A stretch of DNA of 32,000 nt from Nitrosopumilus maritimus SCM1 (GTDB taxonomy: Archaea; Thermoproteota; Nitrososphaeria; Nitrososphaerales; Nitrosopumilaceae): assembly GCF_000018465.1 (NCBI RefSeq), contig NC_010085.1, positions 1,260,001-1,292,000 on the forward strand, given 5' to 3'. The notes under the pieces were generated by a model. The model did not search any database, had not been told where the DNA came from, and saw only the letters and a program-made list of their open reading frames with translations. Below, piece after piece: positions 1-8,718 of the stretch. The translations under genes and the position numbers were made by a program. Each line of letters begins with the position of its first letter. Within the stretch, counting starts at the first letter, position 1.

Positions 1-49
1 CCAGACATTCACATTCGTATTCGATTGGTTTCAAGGCACTTTGGCTCAT
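1..49 (-). CDS. 5' end of a partial CDS running off the left edge (MSQSALKPIEYECECL...), possibly zinc-binding
   Basis: Reverse-strand ATG at 49..47, open to the window edge, with a TATA-like element (ttatatt, ~72-78) about 25 nt upstream, as expected for a leaderless archaeal gene. Only about 16 codons visible. Confidence 0.35.
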   Translation of the reverse strand, partial: MSQSALKPIEYECECL

Positions 50-106
50 GTAAGCAGTTGAAAAAAATCCCTTATATTCGACGAAGTATACATACACCTA
101 TACACA

Positions 107-1366
107 TTGACAGCGTCAAAGAAACAAGTCGTATTTGAAAAAATTAGCGAGGTACTATCAGAGTACGAGTTAACAGGAATTACAAAAAATGAGCTTGTTA
201 GGATACTTCAGCAGGAAGGAATTGCTTCCAGAATGACATTTTACGAGTATTTCAAGGAAATGGCAGATCCAAAGAAAGCAAACATCATTCAGATGAGGAT
301 CCCCAAAGGTAAAATCAACGCGGTTTGCTTCCCAACACCAGAAAATCAGGCAATAGTGAAACTCAAGAAGAAATTCAAATCAATTTGTAATTTACTTGGT
401 TTGATCAAAAAGTACCCAGAGTTAGGGGATTGTTTTATTCCACTTCCAAGACTAAAGGGAGTTTACAATAGCAAAAAAATCCCACCAGACACAGGATTTG
501 CATACAATACTTCGTTGTATTCAGAAATAATTCATTCAGAAAAGACATCATTTGGAGAATCTAGATCATATATCACATTAAGGTCTCATAGAGCTAGACA
601 TGACATTTTAAAAGAACTCTCGGTGTTTTTGACTCACTATCTAAATTCTCCAAAAAGAAAGTACTCAAAACAGATTAAAGAAGAGTGTGTTAAAATTTTA
701 ACACCAACTTTTTTACAAGCATTAAAAATTCTAAGTGATGATTATGTAGACACAGTTAACGTATCAAAAGATCTTAAAAAAACAATTCAATCAACAGCCC
801 CAAAAGATTCAGCAGTATTCATAGGGTTGGTGAGGGCACCAATAATGCCACAAGTTGAAGTTGAATTTTTGAAAATTCTTGGAAGATATTACTATACAAT
901 AAGCAAGCAGTTTTCAAAAAACATGAAGATGGATTCATGTAAGGAACAAAAAATAATTTCGCAAGTGTTAAGAGATTTTTATTGTGTAGAAGAAGACTCA
1001 AATGAAAAATTAGATTCACAAGACATTAAAAGAATATTTCAATTAAACAACAATCTAGTTACAAATAGGGGCAAAGAAACTGAAATTAAAAATGAATACG
1101 GTTTTGATGAAAATTCTCTAGCCATAAAACTTGTCAAAACATTTTCAAAAGACGAGGAAGATACGGATGATTCATTACACATCAAAATTTACTATACAAA
1201 ATTATTTTTGTCATTAGGCATATTCACTAAGAAAGAACAGCAAATCATCGAATATGATTTGAAACATGATGAGAAAGTTTTCAAATCAAAAGAGTGGGAT
1301 GACCCAAAAGAAGGAAGAGAAGTGTTAGAGGCGTTGTTTCCAAGCGAAGTATCCAAATATGAATAG
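107..1366 (+). CDS. Hypothetical protein, 419 aa; N-terminal segment resembles a winged-helix fold, no family recognised
   Basis: Long ORF (TTG start), dense coding over full length; N-terminus 'ITKNELVRILQQEGIASRMTFYEYFKEM' looks helix-turn-helix-like. TATA-like element ~30 nt upstream. Confidence 0.7.
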   Translation: MTASKKQVVFEKISEVLSEYELTGITKNELVRILQQEGIASRMTFYEYFKEMADPKKANIIQMRIPKGKINAVCFPTPENQAIVKLKKKFKSICNLLGLIKKYPELGDCFIPLPRLKGVYNSKKIPPDTGFAYNTSLYSEIIHSEKTSFGESRSYITLRSHRARHDILKELSVFLTHYLNSPKRKYSKQIKEECVKILTPTFLQALKILSDDYVDTVNVSKDLKKTIQSTAPKDSAVFIGLVRAPIMPQVEVEFLKILGRYYYTISKQFSKNMKMDSCKEQKIISQVLRDFYCVEEDSNEKLDSQDIKRIFQLNNNLVTNRGKETEIKNEYGFDENSLAIKLVKTFSKDEEDTDDSLHIKIYYTKLFLSLGIFTKKEQQIIEYDLKHDEKVFKSKEWDDPKEGREVLEALFPSEVSKYE

Positions 1367-1371
1367 AAGTG

Positions 1372-2889
1372 TTATTTTTTACGTCTGAGTTTACTGGTTC
1401 TAGAGATTTTCTTGTCCATTTTCTGCATTTTTAACCTCATTTCCTCAATTTTTGCCTCCAAATCTTCATTTGAACTAGCACCCTTGGAAATTTCCTTAAA
1501 CTTTGAAAAGATATTCAATCTTCCAGAGGCTTTGATGTACTCTTTTCGCAATGTAGCAGTAAACAGATGTGCTTGTTTTTCATACGAGTCTTTTGTCTTG
1601 TGTCCAATGAACTCTTCAGCCAAATCATATCGTACATCAGAGTCTATCAGTACAGATTTCAAAAGATCACGTGTTTCATGAGGAGTTATTCGGTATTTCT
1701 TTCTTGACCCATTTCCTACTGATTTTGAGTTTAAAATTTCATCTAACCCTGAATTTTTTCGCATTCTCTCAAAACTTTTGGTTATCCAAGTTTCTTTGAT
1801 AGGTTTTTGGAAATTATTTAAGAAAAGTGCACTCTTGTTACTCATTTCTTGCCCTGTGATTTTTTTTCTGTAAGGAAGATAATCAATTATTGCAGAAACT
1901 GCGTCTCTATCTAAGAAACCAAAATGAGATACATTAGTCTTTACTCTAGTTAGTTCTATTAGAATTGGGCATTTCTTCAAATCCCATTTTTTATAATCTT
2001 CTGTTCCAAATGATTCAACCAGTTTTGACCAAACCTCAAAATTAAAGCGGTCAACCAGAGTAGAGGAATCAAGACCCCTTTGGAATTTACACAGGAATAC
2101 AGCTCGTTCAGTTAAACTTGGCTTTCCTATTGTTAGAATAGTTAGAAATTCATCTAATGTCATTATTTGTTCAGAATCATTATCATCATGTTGGATTCCT
2201 GCATTAGGATCAAAGCTTAACCCTATAGGCTCATCATTCTTTTTGAAATACTCATTTATTGCAAAAAAGGAGTTGTTTCTCATAGATTTGCTTTTTAATT
2301 TAACATCAGATTCCAAAAAGTATCTTTTTATCAATTTTACAAATGGTTTTTTATCAAAATGACTTTCAGAAAAGATTTTTAGAAAAGGTTCAACTCCCTT
2401 TAGAGTTACTTTCTTTGTTACTTTCTTGTAACTGTCTTTACTAGTTTGAACTTCTGCTGTATACTCTAGAGTTTTTCCAAAGATCCAATTATTGAAATAA
2501 TGTAGATGTCTTGTGTAGGTATCTTTTGTTCCATCTGTAACAGATTTGATATTTTTACGATTACTACCCCTCAGTTGACTTCTAAAATAAGATACAGTTT
2601 CTAATTTGCAAAAATCATCATACAGTATTGGAACAGAGTCATTTGGAATTTCTTTTAGAACACCAATCTTCTTGCCAATCGAAATTGCTTTGTAAACAAC
2701 TGCTAAAGTTGCCTCCACAGTATTTCTTCTTTGAGTAAATTCGTTTTTGTGTTCTTTAGCAAATGCTTTAGAATCAATCCTCTCGCCCTTTTTCATTACT
2801 GCTAAACATCTAGCATATTGTGGACGAATATCAAACCCATAATCTTTCTTTGAATCAAATTTCTTTAGAACTTGGTAAACCTTCAACAT
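1372..2889 (-). CDS. Divergent tyrosine recombinase / phage-type integrase
   Basis: C-terminal 'KKYRITPHETRDLLKSVLIDSDVRYDLAEEFIGHKTKDSYEKQ' carries HxxR, GH and catalytic Tyr; upstream candidates for the first Arg ('FQRGLDSSTLVDR') and beta-hairpin Lys ('LTRVKTNVSHFG'). Confidence 0.8.
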   Translation of the reverse strand: MLKVYQVLKKFDSKKDYGFDIRPQYARCLAVMKKGERIDSKAFAKEHKNEFTQRRNTVEATLAVVYKAISIGKKIGVLKEIPNDSVPILYDDFCKLETVSYFRSQLRGSNRKNIKSVTDGTKDTYTRHLHYFNNWIFGKTLEYTAEVQTSKDSYKKVTKKVTLKGVEPFLKIFSESHFDKKPFVKLIKRYFLESDVKLKSKSMRNNSFFAINEYFKKNDEPIGLSFDPNAGIQHDDNDSEQIMTLDEFLTILTIGKPSLTERAVFLCKFQRGLDSSTLVDRFNFEVWSKLVESFGTEDYKKWDLKKCPILIELTRVKTNVSHFGFLDRDAVSAIIDYLPYRKKITGQEMSNKSALFLNNFQKPIKETWITKSFERMRKNSGLDEILNSKSVGNGSRKKYRITPHETRDLLKSVLIDSDVRYDLAEEFIGHKTKDSYEKQAHLFTATLRKEYIKASGRLNIFSKFKEISKGASSNEDLEAKIEEMRLKMQKMDKKISRTSKLRRKK

Positions 2890-2938
2890 TAGAAATAGTC
2901 AGAAAATTAAAGATAATAGGTGTATTTGACAGCTTTAA

Positions 2939-3100
2939 CTATAATTCAAACTCTTGACGGCATTTTTCGCACTTTGCACGTTCTTCACCAGGAGAGCCTA
3001 AGATGAAAATTTTTCCAATCGTTTTACAAACGGGACACATTCCAGTTGTTGCATTTTTAGGACCTGTGCGTATAATTTTTTGAGTTTTTCTTCGTCCCAT
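2939..3100 (-). CDS. Small zinc-ribbon protein, 53 aa (MGRRKTQKIIRTGPKNATTGMCPVCKTIGKIFILGSPGEERAKCEKCRQEFELY)
   Basis: Manually translated ORF absent from the supplied track: ATG at 3100..3098, TAG at 2941..2939; CPVC...CEKC pair of knuckles. Confidence 0.6.
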   Translation of the reverse strand: MGRRKTQKIIRTGPKNATTGMCPVCKTIGKIFILGSPGEERAKCEKCRQEFEL

Positions 3101-3135
3101 GAAAAAACTTCCCGAATCGGTCTATTAAGTTTTAA

Positions 3136-3222
3136 TGGCGCGGGGAGGGGGATTTGAACCCCCGTGTCCTTGCGGACATGGGATTAGCAATCCCACGCCC
3201 TACCAGGCTAGGCGATCCCCGC
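3136..3222 (-). tRNA. tRNA-Ser, anticodon GCT, CCA encoded
   Basis: Reverse complement GCGGGGA TC GCCTAGCCTGGTAGGGC G TGGGA TTGCTAA TCCCA TGTCCGCAAGGACA C GGGGG TTCAAAT CCCCC TCCCCGC G CCA: 7-bp acceptor stem, D arm, 5-bp anticodon stem, long variable arm with GCAA tetraloop (class II), T arm, discriminator G, encoded CCA. Confidence 0.96.
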
Positions 3223-3278
3223 ACAAAGATGGCTAGAATTAATCTGTAAATAAGTCAAACTTTGGAGAATATTTTCTT

Positions 3279-4037
3279 CTAAGCGTTGTCTAGTTCATCA
3301 TGAAATTGACTGTAATTTTTCACAATTTCATCAATTGGGACACGTTTTCCACCTACAATTTTCAGGTCAACATTGACCTGTTTGTCTTTAATTGTCAAAA
3401 TATTGTATGTATTTTCAAATAGTCCACGTACTCTTTCAGATGTTGCAGTACCTGCATTTACAACAGTCAAGGTTCCAAAATTCCAAGCCCAAGGTCTGTG
3501 TTTATGACCACATAAAACAACATCAACTTCTGAATCAAGTACAGTTCTCAAAACATCACCAGCATCAACTACAGTAAGTTGATCAGAGCCCGTATCAGGA
3601 ATTGCAATAAGATGATGATGCATTGCAACGATCTTTATCTTGTCTTTGTATTTTTTCATAGTTCTTTCAAGCCAAAGATTTTGTCTATAACCAACTTCAC
3701 CTTCATTTCTGTCAGGTCTCGCAGTACCAACAGTAACTAAAACAACATCATTATCCAATTCATTTACGGTTTGAAATGGAAAGAATTTTTTGAATAAAAG
3801 ATAACCAGTATTTCTGTAATCATGATTCCCACTAATTGCAATGATTTTTTTTGTGTTAAATTTTTCCAGTAAAGATTTGCATTTTTCATATTCTTTCATT
3901 AATCCTTCATTTGTCAAATCACCAGTAATTACAATTACATCAGGATTCAACTCATTGACTTCACTAACTAGTACATCAAATTTCTCTTCCAAAAATTGAG
4001 AGCCAATATGAAGATCAGATATTTGAACTATAATCAT
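3279..4037 (-). CDS. Metallophosphoesterase (Icc/CpdA-like)
   Basis: Motifs 'ISDLHIG', 'VITGDLTNEG', 'GNHDYR', 'MHHH', 'CGHKHRPW' typical of calcineurin-like phosphoesterases. Confidence 0.9.
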   Translation of the reverse strand: MIIVQISDLHIGSQFLEEKFDVLVSEVNELNPDVIVITGDLTNEGLMKEYEKCKSLLEKFNTKKIIAISGNHDYRNTGYLLFKKFFPFQTVNELDNDVVLVTVGTARPDRNEGEVGYRQNLWLERTMKKYKDKIKIVAMHHHLIAIPDTGSDQLTVVDAGDVLRTVLDSEVDVVLCGHKHRPWAWNFGTLTVVNAGTATSERVRGLFENTYNILTIKDKQVNVDLKIVGGKRVPIDEIVKNYSQFHDELDNA

Positions 4038-4146
4038 TAAAGAGTATTTTGAAAAATAGCTATTAAATCATCTCTATAGATAACATGTAAGAATCATTTC
4101 AAATCAAGGTAGAATTAAATAATAAACTCCTCAAAAACTTGCAGTT

Positions 4147-5178
4147 TTGAGTAAAAAAGCTGCAGTAATGAAAGGAGACGGTATTGGACCTGAAGTCGTA
4201 GATTCAATGCTTAGAGTTCTCAAAGAATGTAATTTTCAGTCAGAATTGATTCTGTGTGAGGCTGGCTCTGAGCAATGGGACAAAAATGGTAGAAAAGATG
4301 CATCATACATCCCAGATGTAACCATGAAGATTCTAGAAGAAACTGACTGTTGTTTCAAGGGGCCAACTACCACGATTCCAGTTCCAGGAGCTCCTAGAAG
4401 TGTTGCAGTAACATTAAGACAAAAATTTGATCTTTATGCAAATATCAGACCAACTAAAACATATGATAGACTAACGCCAGATAGAAAGCTTGATTGTGTT
4501 TGTTTTAGAGAGGCAACTGAAGGACTATACACTGGTGTAGAGGCAAAAATTACAGATGATGCAGCAATTGCAATCAGAAAAATTACAAGGCAAGGCAGCA
4601 GACGATTAATTGACTCAGCAGTAGATTGGGCAAATAAATTCAATATGAAAAAAATGGTTGCAGTAACAAAAAGAAATATTCTAAAACAAACTGACGGAAT
4701 TTTCTGGGACGAGACTCAAAAAGCAGTTGAAGGAACAGATATCGAGTTATCTGAAATCTACATTGACAACATGGCACAACAAATGGTGATTGCAACTGAA
4801 CAGTTCAATGGTGCAGTGTTGGTTAGCACCAATTTATTTATGGATATTATTTCTGAACTTGCATCAGCACTAGTAGGTTCAATTGGATTGATTTATTCTG
4901 CAAATATTGGAGACAATTATGCAATGTTTGAGGCAGCACATGGTAGTGCACCACAATTTGCAGGACAAAATAAAGTAAACCCAACTGCAACAGTGTTATC
5001 AGGAGCTTGGATGGCAGATTATCTTGGTGAAAGAGATGTCAGAGATGCAATTTTTGCGGCAACAGAACAAGTAATCAATGAAGGTAAAGCAGTAACATGG
5101 GATATTGGTGGTGATGCATCAACAACACAGATGACCGATGCAATAATCACATATGCAAAAGAAAAGTTAAGAAAATAA
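4147..5178 (+). CDS. Isocitrate/isopropylmalate dehydrogenase family protein (probable isocitrate dehydrogenase)
   Basis: 'GDGIGPEV', 'FREATEGLYTGVE', 'NLFMDIISELASALVGSIGLIYSANIG', 'MFEAAHGSAP' family signatures; TTG start. Substrate specificity cannot be fixed by eye. Confidence 0.85.
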   Translation: MSKKAAVMKGDGIGPEVVDSMLRVLKECNFQSELILCEAGSEQWDKNGRKDASYIPDVTMKILEETDCCFKGPTTTIPVPGAPRSVAVTLRQKFDLYANIRPTKTYDRLTPDRKLDCVCFREATEGLYTGVEAKITDDAAIAIRKITRQGSRRLIDSAVDWANKFNMKKMVAVTKRNILKQTDGIFWDETQKAVEGTDIELSEIYIDNMAQQMVIATEQFNGAVLVSTNLFMDIISELASALVGSIGLIYSANIGDNYAMFEAAHGSAPQFAGQNKVNPTATVLSGAWMADYLGERDVRDAIFAATEQVINEGKAVTWDIGGDASTTQMTDAIITYAKEKLRK

Positions 5179-5715
5179 TCAGTTTATTGCTTCTACAAGA
5201 ATTAATTCTTCAAAGAAAAGTTTCTTTTTTGCCATAATTCGTGTTTTCAAGCCTAGTTTTTGTGCGTAATCTATGAGTTTTTCATAGTTTGAAAGAGAAG
5301 AGGTTACAAAAACAAACTTGCCATTTTTCTTTAGATTATTTTTTGCCGAATCAAATATTTTTTTTGGAATTTCAAATCCTTCTGCACCTCCATCTGTAGC
5401 AATATCCAAGATTTCATCAGTAGCCAAATAAGGTAAATTACATACAATGAAATCAAATTTTACCTTTAATGCATCTGAACCGTTACAACAAATCAAATTC
5501 TGAGTTTTGTAAGAACTTTGATGTTGCAACACATCACAATTAATATCAGTTCCAACAACTAGAGAGAAATTTTCAGAGAGTAATTTTGTGAGATATCCAG
5601 AACCACTTCCAATATCTAGTGCATACTCTCCATTTTCATTTTCAATGTTTTCTGCAATGAAAAAAGTATCCTCAGATGGAGGATATTCATCATTTTTTGA
5701 GAATTTGTTTTGCAA
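5179..5715 (-). CDS. HemK/Mtq2-like class I SAM-dependent methyltransferase (probable release-factor glutamine methyltransferase)
   Basis: 'DIGSGSGYLTKLL', 'FDFIVCNLPYL' (NPPY-type motif). Overlaps the 3' end of the KsgA ORF. Confidence 0.8.
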   Translation of the reverse strand: MQNKFSKNDEYPPSEDTFFIAENIENENGEYALDIGSGSGYLTKLLSENFSLVVGTDINCDVLQHQSSYKTQNLICCNGSDALKVKFDFIVCNLPYLATDEILDIATDGGAEGFEIPKKIFDSAKNNLKKNGKFVFVTSSLSNYEKLIDYAQKLGLKTRIMAKKKLFFEELILVEAIN

Positions 5716-6394
5716 GATTTACTATTTCATCTCCGGTCAAGGTATCAACTCGTTTCTCCAAATCAGATTCTTTATGGAATTGTTTTAGAATGTTCTTTAC
5801 AGTTTTGCGCCTGTACGAAAAGATCTCATTGATTGTAGAAATTAGTGTTTTATCCATATCAGTTTTCTTTGTTATTTTTAGAACTACAGAATCAACTTTT
5901 GGTGGAGGAGAAAAATTATTTTTATTAACATTGGAGATTTTTTCAATATCAAATGCATGTGTGGCAATAATGCTGATTGCTTTTCGATCTTTTGATTTTG
6001 CAACAAGTTTTTGTGCAAATTCTTTTTGCACCATGATTACTCCATGGGAGAATGTGCGCTGAGCTAGCCATTCAATAGCGTCTTTACTTTTAGAATAGGG
6101 CAAATTAGATACAAACACAGAAAACGTGTCTTTTTTCTTAAACCCGTCACCTGATTTTAACACAAGATTGTCAATATCAGAGAATGTGTTTTTTGCCTTT
6201 TTGATTAGATTCTCATCTGCATCAACTGAGATTACCTTTTTTGCCTTTTTACACAATAGGGGAGTTAACACGCCTAATCCAGTTCCAATCTCATAAACAA
6301 TGTCATTTTTTGTAATTTTAGCCTCAGATACAATAGATTCTGCAATTAATTGTGAGTTGAGAAAGTGTTGTCCTAGCAGTTTTCGCTTTATCAT
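5690..6394 (-). CDS. rsmA: 16S rRNA adenine dimethyltransferase KsgA/Dim1
   Basis: 'LLGQHFLNSQLIAESIV', 'VYEIGTGLGVLTPLL', 'FVSNLPYSKS', 'FSPPPKVDSVVL'. Confidence 0.93.
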   Translation of the reverse strand: MIKRKLLGQHFLNSQLIAESIVSEAKITKNDIVYEIGTGLGVLTPLLCKKAKKVISVDADENLIKKAKNTFSDIDNLVLKSGDGFKKKDTFSVFVSNLPYSKSKDAIEWLAQRTFSHGVIMVQKEFAQKLVAKSKDRKAISIIATHAFDIEKISNVNKNNFSPPPKVDSVVLKITKKTDMDKTLISTINEIFSYRRKTVKNILKQFHKESDLEKRVDTLTGDEIVNLAKQILKK

Positions 6395-6957
6395 CTCTTT
6401 ACAAAGAGATTCATTCTACTTTCGCCAGTAATTTCATCCATGATTCGTTCTGTGATGTGTTTAATTGGTTCTTTGAATCCAACTCTTTCTTGCAAGTCTT
6501 CATAGCTCTCAAATAGTTTCTTTTCTCGTTCTTCAAGCATCGTCTTCATGTAGGTTTTACCAATTCCTGGAATCAATTCCAATGCATGTATTCTAGGAGT
6601 TAGTGGTTGTGCTTTGTTTAGATATTCTACAAACTTTGATTCATTTTCAGTTACAATAGTTTCAACTACATTTTGTAATTCAGTTTGAGCAGATGAAGAA
6701 ATTTTCTCATACTCCATCTTGCCCAATACAGATTCAACTTTAGTTCTACCTTCCTTTCCGATGTAAATTTTCTCACCAACTTCAAATGTAGAATTTGCTA
6801 TTCCAAGAATCTCCAATAATGTTAATCTGTTTTCACCAATTGCAGTGATGATTATTCCTTCTCTTCCTCTTACAGTTGACGATTTTCCTCTAGGATTAAA
6901 ATCTAGAACATATGCATATTCCTCATATTTTCTAGGTGGGGATTGGGCCCTATACAA
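6391..6957 (-). CDS. DUF655 family (HhH-containing, probable RNA-binding) protein
   Basis: 'EEYAYVLDFNP.GKSS', 'TPRIHALELIPGIGKTYMKTMLEERE' HhH-like; typical position next to rpoF/ksgA in archaea. Confidence 0.8.
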   Translation of the reverse strand: MYRAQSPPRKYEEYAYVLDFNPRGKSSTVRGREGIIITAIGENRLTLLEILGIANSTFEVGEKIYIGKEGRTKVESVLGKMEYEKISSSAQTELQNVVETIVTENESKFVEYLNKAQPLTPRIHALELIPGIGKTYMKTMLEEREKKLFESYEDLQERVGFKEPIKHITERIMDEITGESRMNLFVKR

Positions 6958-6977
6958 AATAAAATACTCCTGAGAAA

Positions 6978-7304
6978 TTAAGAATGCTCCTTGATTATTT
7001 TGAGCATTTTTTCTAGAGTTTCAGCAAGAATTAATTTTTTCCAACCAAAGGTGAAAGAACGTAATTCTGCCATACTTGTTGGTCTAATGTTAACAATTTC
7101 AACAGCTTCGTCTTCTGTCAATTCACATTCCTTGATGAGTTTTTTCTTCATCTCTTTAGCATCTTTAGGATCAAGTGATACAAATTTTGAAACATAATCA
7201 TAGGTCCAACGTTGAATTTGGTCCATTTCTTCAGGATCAACTTTGCCTAAGATTTCTTTAACTTCTGAAAGAGAAATAGCTTGTTTCTTTTGTACTTCTT
7301 CCAT
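6978..7304 (-). CDS. rpoF: DNA-directed RNA polymerase subunit F (Rpb4 homologue)
   Basis: Length about 108 aa and 'LTEDEAVEIVNIRPTSMAELRSFTF' pattern; sits between L21e and DUF655, the conserved archaeal order. Confidence 0.85.
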   Translation of the reverse strand: MEEVQKKQAISLSEVKEILGKVDPEEMDQIQRWTYDYVSKFVSLDPKDAKEMKKKLIKECELTEDEAVEIVNIRPTSMAELRSFTFGWKKLILAETLEKMLKIIKEHS

Positions 7305-7306
7305 AA

Positions 7307-7606
7307 TTATACACCGAATGGTTTTATGTGGTCCAATCTAGTGATTAAGGTTTTCGATTTGTTTCCTAATTTTACATCTAGAGTGACTGCACGTCTTCCC
7401 ACATTTGTGATCATACCGACTTTGCCGTGGTATCTTCTGTGAGGTAATCCTTTGTGCTGTCTAGGATCTATAATGACAAGTGCTTGTTGACCTTCTTTGT
7501 ATTCACGTAACAGGAATGAGACTCCTCTAGGAGCATCTTTTTTCATAACTGATCTGGATTTGTGTTTGAATCCATGTGAACGACCAGAAGATTTCTTAGT
7601 TGCCAT
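7307..7606 (-). CDS. rpl21e: 50S ribosomal protein L21e, 99 aa
   Basis: 'MATKKSSGRSHGFKHKSRSV...DPRQHKGLPHRRYHGKVGMITNVGRRAVTLDV.LGNKSKTLITRLDHIKP'. Start corrected to ATG at 7606; the track ORF to 7738 is an upstream extension overlapping rlmN. Confidence 0.93.
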   Translation of the reverse strand: MATKKSSGRSHGFKHKSRSVMKKDAPRGVSFLLREYKEGQQALVIIDPRQHKGLPHRRYHGKVGMITNVGRRAVTLDVKLGNKSKTLITRLDHIKPFGV

Positions 7607-7662
7607 GTAGTGTGAAACCTTCCAAAGCCCTATTTTAAGACTTAGAACACAGTCTACTGGAA

Positions 7663-8718
7663 TTAACCTACAATATCGGTTCGTAGTTGTCCACAGGCAG
7701 CTGAGATCTCTGTACCTTTTTCCACACGTACAGTACAATTTACGCCAGATTTTCGCAATATTTGCTCAAATTCTAAGACATTTTTCTCAGATGGACGCTT
7801 AAAGTCACCAGCAGTAGGATTAATTGGAATAATGTTGACGTGTGAGCCGTTTCCTCTCAAAAGTCTTGCAAGTTCATGAGCAATTTCCGGAGAGTCGTTG
7901 ACTCCTTCCATCAGAGCATACTCAAATGTGACACGTCGTCCAGTTTTTTTAAAATAATCTCGTCCAGATTTTATGATGTCTTCAACAGAGTTAGGTCCTG
8001 CAGTTGGAACAAGTTTTTTTCGTAATTCATTGTTCGGTGCATGAAGCGAAATGGCAAGACCAATCTGAAGATTTTCTTCAGCTAGTTTTTCAATTCCAGA
8101 TGTAATGCCAATAGTAGAAATTGTAATGTGTCTTTGTCCTAATCCAAAACCTCTGTCATGTGTTAGAATTTTTACAGCTCGAATCATTTCATCATAATTT
8201 GCCATTGGTTCGCCCATTCCCATAAAGACCAGGTTTGTAACATGTTCTCCACGTTGTTCTAAAAGTTCAGCAAAATGAATTACTTGAGATACAATGTGTT
8301 CAGCTTTTAGATTTGTTTCAAAACCCATTTGTCCAGTTGCACAAAATACACAACCCATTGCACACCCTATTTGTGTTGAAACACAGATAGTTGATCTTGG
8401 ATGACCACCAATTTTTGTTGGCTCGTATTGCATTAGAACAGTTTCAACTGAAGAGCCATCAGATAGTTCCAACAATAATTTAGTAGTATCACCATCATCA
8501 CTTACGACACGATGAATTTCTTTTGCTGAACCAATGGTGTAGCCTGCTTCTGTAAATTCTTCTCGTAATTTTTTTGGAAGTTGAGGAATATCGTTAATGT
8601 CTTTTGGGAATTTGTAATAGAGTGGAAGTAAGATTTGGTCTGCTCTGTATCTATCATAACCCATATCAATTACTAATTTTTCCATTTCCTCAGGAAGTAA
8701 TCGATAAAGATCTGTCAT
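7663..8718 (-). CDS. rlmN: 23S rRNA (adenine-2503-C2)-methyltransferase RlmN, radical SAM
   Basis: 'CVSTQIGCAMGCVFCATGQMGF' CxxxCxxC cluster; 'GMGEPMANYDE'; C-terminal 'GTEISAACGQL' methyl-carrier Cys. Confidence 0.95.
   Translation of the reverse strand: MTDLYRLLPEEMEKLVIDMGYDRYRADQILLPLYYKFPKDINDIPQLPKKLREEFTEAGYTIGSAKEIHRVVSDDGDTTKLLLELSDGSSVETVLMQYEPTKIGGHPRSTICVSTQIGCAMGCVFCATGQMGFETNLKAEHIVSQVIHFAELLEQRGEHVTNLVFMGMGEPMANYDEMIRAVKILTHDRGFGLGQRHITISTIGITSGIEKLAEENLQIGLAISLHAPNNELRKKLVPTAGPNSVEDIIKSGRDYFKKTGRRVTFEYALMEGVNDSPEIAHELARLLRGNGSHVNIIPINPTAGDFKRPSEKNVLEFEQILRKSGVNCTVRVEKGTEISAACGQLRTDIVG

Noticed and set aside
819-1681. Short antisense ORFs 819-1019 and 1412-1681
   Set aside because: Contained within longer, better-supported ORFs on the opposite strand; composition consistent with shadow ORFs.
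1-3135. Second copy of the tRNA-Ser 3' end as attachment-site repeat
   Set aside because: Looked for GGGGATTTGAACCCC/CGCGGGGAG-like sequence to the left of the tRNA and did not find one; it may lie outside the window.
7607-7738. N-terminal extension of the L21e ORF (MYCTCGKRYRDL...)
   Set aside because: It overlaps the rlmN 3' end; the conserved L21e start is MATKKSSG at 7606, with an AT-rich TATA-like stretch upstream.
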